Assembly (NCBI GenBank): GCA_951406725.2
Contig: OX597820.1
Location: forward strand, 10,788,001 to 10,852,000
Length of the DNA stretch: 64,000 nucleotides
Reading direction: 5' to 3'
Source of the DNA: Octopus vulgaris
Taxonomy: Eukaryota
Position 1 is the stretch's first letter. Every line of letters starts with the position of its first letter. Positions 57,068 to 64,000 of the stretch are shown piece after piece. Both the position numbers and the translations under genes were made by a program. The notes under the pieces were generated by a model. The model made no database searches, had not been told where the DNA came from, and saw only the letters and a program-made list of their open reading frames with translations.

Positions 57068-58423
57068 TCGTTGATACATACACGCACAGATACATATGCA
57101 CACACATACATGCATACATACCTACACACATACATACATACATACATACATACATACATACATACATACATACATACATACATACATACATACATACATA
57201 CATACATGTGAACGGAGGATGTATTAACCATATTGACTCAAATATTTGACTTGTATTTTATCAACAGTGGCAAAATAAGAAAAAAGCAAGTCGACTTGAG
57301 TGGGATTTGAACCCCAGGACAGAACTAAATCTGACAAGGCATTCGTCCGGAGCTCTACCAGTTCCGCCTCTCGAATCTCCGAACTGAAATCAAACCAAAA
57401 ATCTGGCTCAGCAAGTGTTGATGTTCGATTGTATATGGAAGCATAGAAAGCGGTATCATGTTGCGCGTTGAACATATTTAAAAAAAATCTCTTTTCACCA
57501 GACACAGCGTGAAAACTAAAAGATTGACGATATCAAAGAATATTTATGTTTAAAACAAAGTCTGTTGGAGTCTATCTGTCTGAATGGTATTGTAGTCGTG
57601 GTCGTACCACCACCTGTTACAATACACTGTAAAATATAGATAAATACAATATGTAGCGTATCTATTTTTCTATAGAAATTTGCTGAGGAAAAAAAAAACG
57701 AACTGTTCTGCGCATTATAAATATTTAGATAACATTTATAGATAGACACACATCTATTAGAATGTACACAAACATTGTGTACACACAATTACACAGGGAA
57801 AACAATTCTTTTCTATTCACATATGATTATTATTGATATAGCCGTGTTACATTATATTCTTTTGGAAACCGATTTATCAATATACGGAGGCAAATCGTGA
57901 TAATTTAAATTGACAGAAAATCTCAAATTTAGCAGTTATTACATTCAACTGGTAAATGAGTCGGTCGGCAAACACGAATACATTTTAGGGCTCTTTAGAG
58001 TGGATAATACTTACCACAAAATATAGGAATCAAATAATAGTTTCAGAAAGTATTTCTCCTTTAAGGTACCTACCTGATATTTGAAACGGAAGGTATGGAG
58101 TTAATATGTTCTCTGTCGAGTTTACGTTCCTCTTTATGTTGTAGCCACTGGTTTCTCGTATTTTGAAAAGAAAAATAACGTCTCTACTCCTGAGTAGTGT
58201 ATTAGTTAGTCGCTTATGGAATACCTCTCACCAGCTATGGGATCCAGAATGAGCATAGTTTCGTGTGACTAAGTCCAGAGACTTGGAATAATGTGAGAAC
58301 ACAGAGGATAACATGAGCTGTTTGAGTAAAATCAATGGCGAAGGTAAGTAAATAGATAGATGTAGCGAGACGAATAAGAAGATAGGAAAATTATTTGCAA
58401 GGGTAATGCAGTTCTGTATGCCT

Positions 58424-58539
58424 ACGGGTATGTGGAGAAGTGGTTATGGGCGCGGACAACTAACCCCAAGATTCCGAGTTCGATTCCAGACAGTGACCTG
58501 AATAACAGCAACAACAACAACAATAACAATAATAATAAC

Positions 58540-58595
<56 letters not shown>

Positions 58596-58790
58596 CAACG
58601 AAAAATACCTTAGGAATGAGAACCCAGCTTCGAAATTTCCCCAAGACACCTGATGAAAACTGGAGGTTATATCAGCTGAAACGTTGTGTTAACAACAAAC
58701 AAGATGAGGACAAATATCAGTCAAATGTAAATAATGTAAATAATGTAAATGATGTACATAAATCCTCATCTCTTAAATATAGAACTATAT
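58424..58790 (+). mobile_element. tRNA-headed SINE-like element with (AAC/AAT)n spacer and hammerhead
   Basis: A box TGGAGAAGTGG 58433-58443, B box GAGTTCGATTCC 58476-58487, HHR 58645-58690. Confidence 0.6.
58645..58690 (+). ncRNA. Minimal type I hammerhead
   Basis: GACAC-CTGATGA-aaaCTGG..TCAGct-GAAACGTT-GTGTT. Confidence 0.6.
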
Positions 58791-59181
58791 GTCCTTTATA
58801 TTGTATCAAAATTTCATACGTTTATTTGTAAAGTTAAAGAAGTTATTAAAAATCAAAACCCATCAATGACTTTTGGGACACGCTGTATATGACATTCAGA
58901 TTTTGAGGTGAAAGAATTAACAAAGCAAGAGGAAAAGTGAAAAGAAAAGAAACGAGGTCATTACATGGTTCAAAGCCAATAGCCGTAGGGGTAGAGCAAA
59001 GTCTGCCCAAAGCACTGGACTTCGCAAGGCCCTACACTGATATCAGCGACGAGGATATACGCATCACCGTCATGCACACCAGAAGAACACTGCTCTTCAG
59101 TATGGGGTTGGCATGGGCCAAATGAATTGATTCAGAAGGCACCTTCGACGCAGCAATGGGTTCCTTCGACAGTGCTGACGT

Positions 59182-59544
59182 GTGTGTGTCCTAGATGCAC
59201 TAAAAAACAAATTCCCTTCAACCAGTTTTGCACTCTACAGTGATGACGCGCTAGCAGTATCAAGAGGGGCTAGTGGCCACATGCAGGATAGGCTCACAAA
59301 TGACCTCACAGCTACCATGAACACCCTTGGACTGACGGTCACAATAAAAACTAATCTGAAAACGGTAGATTCCCTCGATGTAACCCTGGACTTGAAATCT
59401 GGTGGCTGTAGGCCATTTAGGAAACCAAGCGAGAGGCTATCATACATTAACAGAGGTTCCTGCCATCCAGCCATAGTGTTCAGGAACATGGTAAAAGCTG
59501 TCAGCAGGAGAATCTCCAGCTTATCTTCAAGCAGAGATCTTTGA
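59182..59544 (+). pseudogene. PLE reverse transcriptase fragment
   Basis: YSDD catalytic-site motif and thumb motifs; frameshift and stops. Confidence 0.85.
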
Positions 59545-59814
59545 TGTTTCCACTCCTTACTGCAATCGGGCTCAAGCGGTTTCAAGGATAGTATTAGTTA
59601 CATGCCAGTCCCTAGTGCTACCGGAAAATGTGATTCATACCGCCTTTCTCTTTAAATGTTAAGATCTCCCGTAGAATACTTGATAAACATTTCCCCCGTA
59701 CAAGTAGATTTGAGCCAATTATTTAATAGACATAACCTGAGAATCTCCTTTAGCTGTGCGCCTAGTATAAAAAATATTTTAGCAGGTAGAACCAAACTCG
59801 AGACAGAGGCAGGA

Positions 59815-60260
59815 TCCTCATGCAGGAGCAACGCAACATGTCCACTGAACGGTCACTGTAACACGGAGACAGTTGTATACGAAGGTGAGGCACAAGCCAT
59901 AGGACACAGTGGTCAACCGAACGTGCAGAAGTATTTGGGAGCAACGGAAGGTCCTTTCAAAACCCGCTTTAATAACCACAAGTCCTCCTTCAACATCTCG
60001 GGGAGACGCAAAAGCACAACCCTGGCACTTTTGATATTTAAAAGAAATTTCCACAGACTACAACACAAAGTGGAAGATACTGGAGAAAGGTAAACAGTAC
60101 TTCAATAGCAGCAGGAAGTACTGGTTGTACATTGTTGAGAAGAGAGCGATTCTAAAGAGTTCCCAGCGCCCGAATATTTACGTGAATAGTAGACGTGTAG
60201 TGTTTAATATTTGCCCACATTAAAGGAAGTTAATCCTATCGTACCTGCGCACCCCACCAT
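59815..60260 (+). pseudogene. PLE GIY-YIG endonuclease fragment
   Basis: VVY...YLG.T...R...H; frameshift near 60050. Confidence 0.85.
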
Positions 60261-60809
60261 GACAACAACCACCAGTCATCCAACCTCGCCCTTCCACCAA
60301 TAGCCACGACCCTAGCAAAAGGTTTAGCTAGAACATACACCAACGCACCCGGAACATACACGCACGCCCCAAGAATGTGGACACCTACCGAATAGGCTGT
60401 CTTTCATCACCCCCAACATATACTCCTACACACACACATTGTATCCCCTCTACACATACACAAATTATGTCCCTATATACACCGCACGCAAACATAAAGC
60501 CCCAATGACTTTAAACAGTACAGAAAGAAAACCGACTAACGGACACCATTGTTATTTATAACTATATATATGACACCACTACACATACCCCATCCCTGCA
60601 GGAGTACCAGACTGAATAACATACACATTTCCCACAAACACTTCAAGGGAACTGTTACCGGCTTTACAGCGAATCCAGCCAAGAAACATAACTCCTGACA
60701 TAATCCCCTGGTCGCATTTCATTGATTATCCTTTTCACAACAACCACAAACTGGATGTGTCCATTCACTTTCGACAATAGAGAGCAGTCACCAAATTCCT
60801 TTTGTTTAT

Positions 60810-60903
60810 CGGCAAACTCTGACGAGTGTAAGGTTATATAATCAGACGGTTACCTAACACTCCGTTATATTCCCAGCACGAAACCAATTGGTAGGATCAG
60901 CCG
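60810..60903 (+). ncRNA. Type I hammerhead in PLE 3' terminal repeat
   Basis: CGGC..CT-CTGACGA-GTG...CAC-GAAAC-caattg-GTA-GG..GCCG; palindromic stem III ACCAATTGGT. Confidence 0.75.
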
Positions 60904-60932
60904 TGATGGATATATAATACTATAGATTTGGC

Positions 60933-60988
<56 letters not shown>

Positions 60989-61127
60989 TAGATATTAATA
61001 AAAGGAATTCCAACCTTGTCTGATTTTCACGTTTTATTTACAATCTTATAATGATATATTATACGATAATATAATATAATAGAATAAAATAAAATAAAAT
61101 AGTAGAATGTTAAATGTTCATTCTGAT

Positions 61128-61172
61128 TGAACTAGTACTTTCATGCATTAAATTCTGCAATCTTCAGGTTCA
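61128..61172 (-). ncRNA. Minimal type I hammerhead in TA-flanked element ~60995-61215
   Basis: RC: TGAAC-CTGAAGA-tTGCA gaatttaa TGCAt-GAAA-gtac-TA-GTTCA. Confidence 0.7.
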
Positions 61173-61559
61173 TGTGTGGTAGTGGTGACAGTCATGCTTC
61201 ACAACTTTTGACTACATATATATATATATATATATATATGCATAATTGAATAAATAATTATATATATATATAATTATTAACTTAATATATAAATTGCTTA
61301 TTTCCACGTTGACTGCCTGATAATTATCATTAACGTGATTTTTTATCCCTATTTTATGAATATATATTTACACACACATATATTCCTTAAAGTTCGTATC
61401 CTGTCGTGTTCAGCCGTAATTCTTCTGGGATCGATAAATAAAGTACCATTCTAGTAAAGGAAGTTGATTCTTCTCTTTCCCTTATATTTTCTTTCTGTCT
61501 GTCTCTTCTGAAAAAGACCCACTGCGGTCACATCAAGCGAGCTAAGAGCACCGGCAGTT

Positions 61560-61810
61560 TTCAGTTGCCGAAGATGTCCCTGCCCAGTATACCCCGATGG
61601 TGTTTCTACCACTCCATTAAAGAGTTAAAGCTCCATAACACTTACAATATTCGTTACAATCTTCCTCTGGAACTGATAACAGAAACACCAATAAATACGT
61701 TATTGGCTTCCACCACTGATAATATTTCCATCGCCAGTTTGAACTTTGGCATGGTGTAAATAACATTTGGTCCAATATCTGTAAAGTTTTAGCAACATAA
61801 CAGAAAAACG
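61560..61810 (-). mobile_element. Possible decayed RTE-type RT fragment
   Basis: MLFTP..KFKLAMEILSVVEANNVFIGVSVISSRG resembles RTE 'E.LEVV..F.YLGS.IS..G'. Confidence 0.35.
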
Positions 61811-62637
61811 AAGCTAATTATGATGTGAAACCAGCACGATATTATGATACCATATTTTCTCTACCATAGTACAAGCCTTATTAGAGTTGGCTGTAATCAT
61901 AGTTATTATTCTCACTATTGGCCATTAATATAAGGAAAAACTTACACCAGATATAAAAGTTACTTTATTCGCAAACACGGCTCTGCTGAGTAAATTGCCA
62001 ACAGAAATAATTTAAATCTATTTATAGTTAGTGATTGAGAGAAGTGCCAAGAGGTCTGGCCTCGGAGTTTTAGGTCATTATCGTGGACTTATGTTTGTTT
62101 GTTAGCTGTATACGATGAATATATACATTATTAACAAGAAACAAAAGGAGAGAAAACTAAGAAAGCAATAAACTAGAATTAGCCGACATATTCCTGCCAT
62201 GGGTGAGTGTTATATTGATTAGTGGAATACCTAACAAACACACACACACACACATGAACACACGCACACATGAATACAGAGACATATATTTCAACATACA
62301 TTCACACATAAATACATACATGCATATATCATACACACATACACATGAACACGGACATATATTTCAACATACACGCACACATAAATACATACATGCATGC
62401 ATCATATACACACACATACACATGAACACAAACCCGCAGGCATAAATGCATACATGCATACATTATACACACACACACACATACACATGAACAGACACAC
62501 ACTCACACACAAATATATATATATATATATGAATATATATATATATGTGTGTGTGTGTCCGTGTCTCTGTATGTGCATGTGTATGCATGTATGTATGTAT
62601 TTATGTATGTTTGTATGTATGTATGTATGTATGTATG

Positions 62638-62703
<66 letters not shown>

Positions 62704-63544
62704 AGGCATTCTGAATTAGAAATACAGTTCTGAATGAAATTTGTTACAGATGCAGTTAGTTGCATTAGCACCTACACGGACCAAATCAAATACATAGAAT
62801 TATTTATACATACACACACATACACATACATACATACATACAGTGGTTCACCACATACACACACACACTCATACCACTGTTCACACATACACATACTAAT
62901 ACTATACAACCAATCATACCGTTACGAAACCCACAACGAGTTCTGTGGGACAGCATACGTTGTTGTGTACGCATCCGTACGTGTGAAATTTGACGTAAGT
63001 GTATAGACGTTTGTGGTTTTGTGTGTGTTTGAGAAACTGGTAATAAGAGTCGCATTACATAGACATTATTACCGGTTTTACACCTTGGAACACAAGCGTG
63101 AAACGAAACGACTTCCAAGTCTCATTTTAATATCACTTTCTGTTCGGCTGTAGCTCTTCCAATGGCATTTCATAGAATTCTGACAAATTGGAGTGGACAA
63201 TCCACAGCATGTGCTTCTCGCGGTTCAAACCACCTACCCCGTCACCACCACCACCACCACACACGCGCTCAAACATACATATAGATCCAGCCATGGCAGA
63301 ATGTTTAAGATGTTGGCTTCGCAGCTAATACATCTCGAGTTCGCTTCCACTGCGGGGGCATCTTGCATCAGTCTCTTCTGATATATCGACTAACGAATGA
63401 TTAATGAGTAAAACTGGTTGATGGAAAGCATATGGAGGACAAATGCATATTTATGAACATACGTGTGTGTGTGTGTTGTTGTTATTGTTGTTGCTGTTGT
63501 TGTTGGTGTTGTTGTTGTTGCTTGCGTCGGTCTCAAATATTCTT

Positions 63545-63760
63545 TTATCAGTCATTGAACGGCGGCCATAGTGGGACAGCACCTGGAAAGGTTTTATAGA
63601 ACAATTCGACACCACCACTTATTGCTTTTAAATGCTTGTACTTATACCATCCGTCACTTTTGACGAACCGCTCAGTCAGGGGGACGTGAACACACAAACA
63701 TACACCAGTTGTCAGACAGTAAGAGGGGATAATCACAAGCACAAACATATACAGGCACAC
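63545..63760 (-). mobile_element. SINE family A 3' part, diverged
   Basis: Family match. Confidence 0.7.
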
Positions 63761-63822
63761 ATATATATGTGTGCGTGTGTACATATCTATCCAGGTATAT
63801 ATGTATACATACATACAAACGC

Positions 63823-63877
<55 letters not shown>

Positions 63878-63928
63878 CATATATATACATATTTATATAT
63901 AGATATATATACATATATATACATATAT

Positions 63929-63959
<31 letters not shown>

Positions 63960-64000
63960 ATTTATTTTATATATACACTATTATATACATATATATATAC

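Larger units (their letters stand above)
59000..60935 (+). mobile_element. 5'-truncated, decayed Penelope-like element (RT + C-terminal GIY-YIG endonuclease + HHR-bearing 3' end)
   Basis: FDAAMGSFDSADVC, LYSDDAL, LDVTLDL..PFRKP..YIN..S.HP; CPLNGHC..VVYE..YLGATE..FKTRFNNH; ends at (TA)n. Confidence 0.9.

Overview
AT-rich, microsatellite-dense eukaryotic non-coding DNA. The tRNA-derived SINE families and the (TA)n/(CA)n/(TATG)n density suggest an octopus genome (inference). No intact host gene was recognised, and nearly all supplied ORFs are microsatellite or SINE artefacts. Recognisable content: three abundant SINE families, decayed Gypsy/CR1/RTE/mariner/Tc1 relics, a Merlin-like MITE with an 8-bp TSD, a probable solo LTR, minisatellites and a decayed Penelope-like element (RT + GIY-YIG). 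The most striking signal is about 13 type I hammerhead-ribozyme (HHR) motifs plus several half-motifs, in several unrelated short non-coding elements that mostly abut (TA)n tracts. These include a 433-nt retrozyme-like unit that starts almost exactly at the predicted cleavage site and a tRNA-headed HHR element. There are also repeated fold-back inversions whose breakpoints lie in HHR stems, a tRNA-head stem or TA tracts. All structures were folded by eye; coordinates may be off by a few bases.
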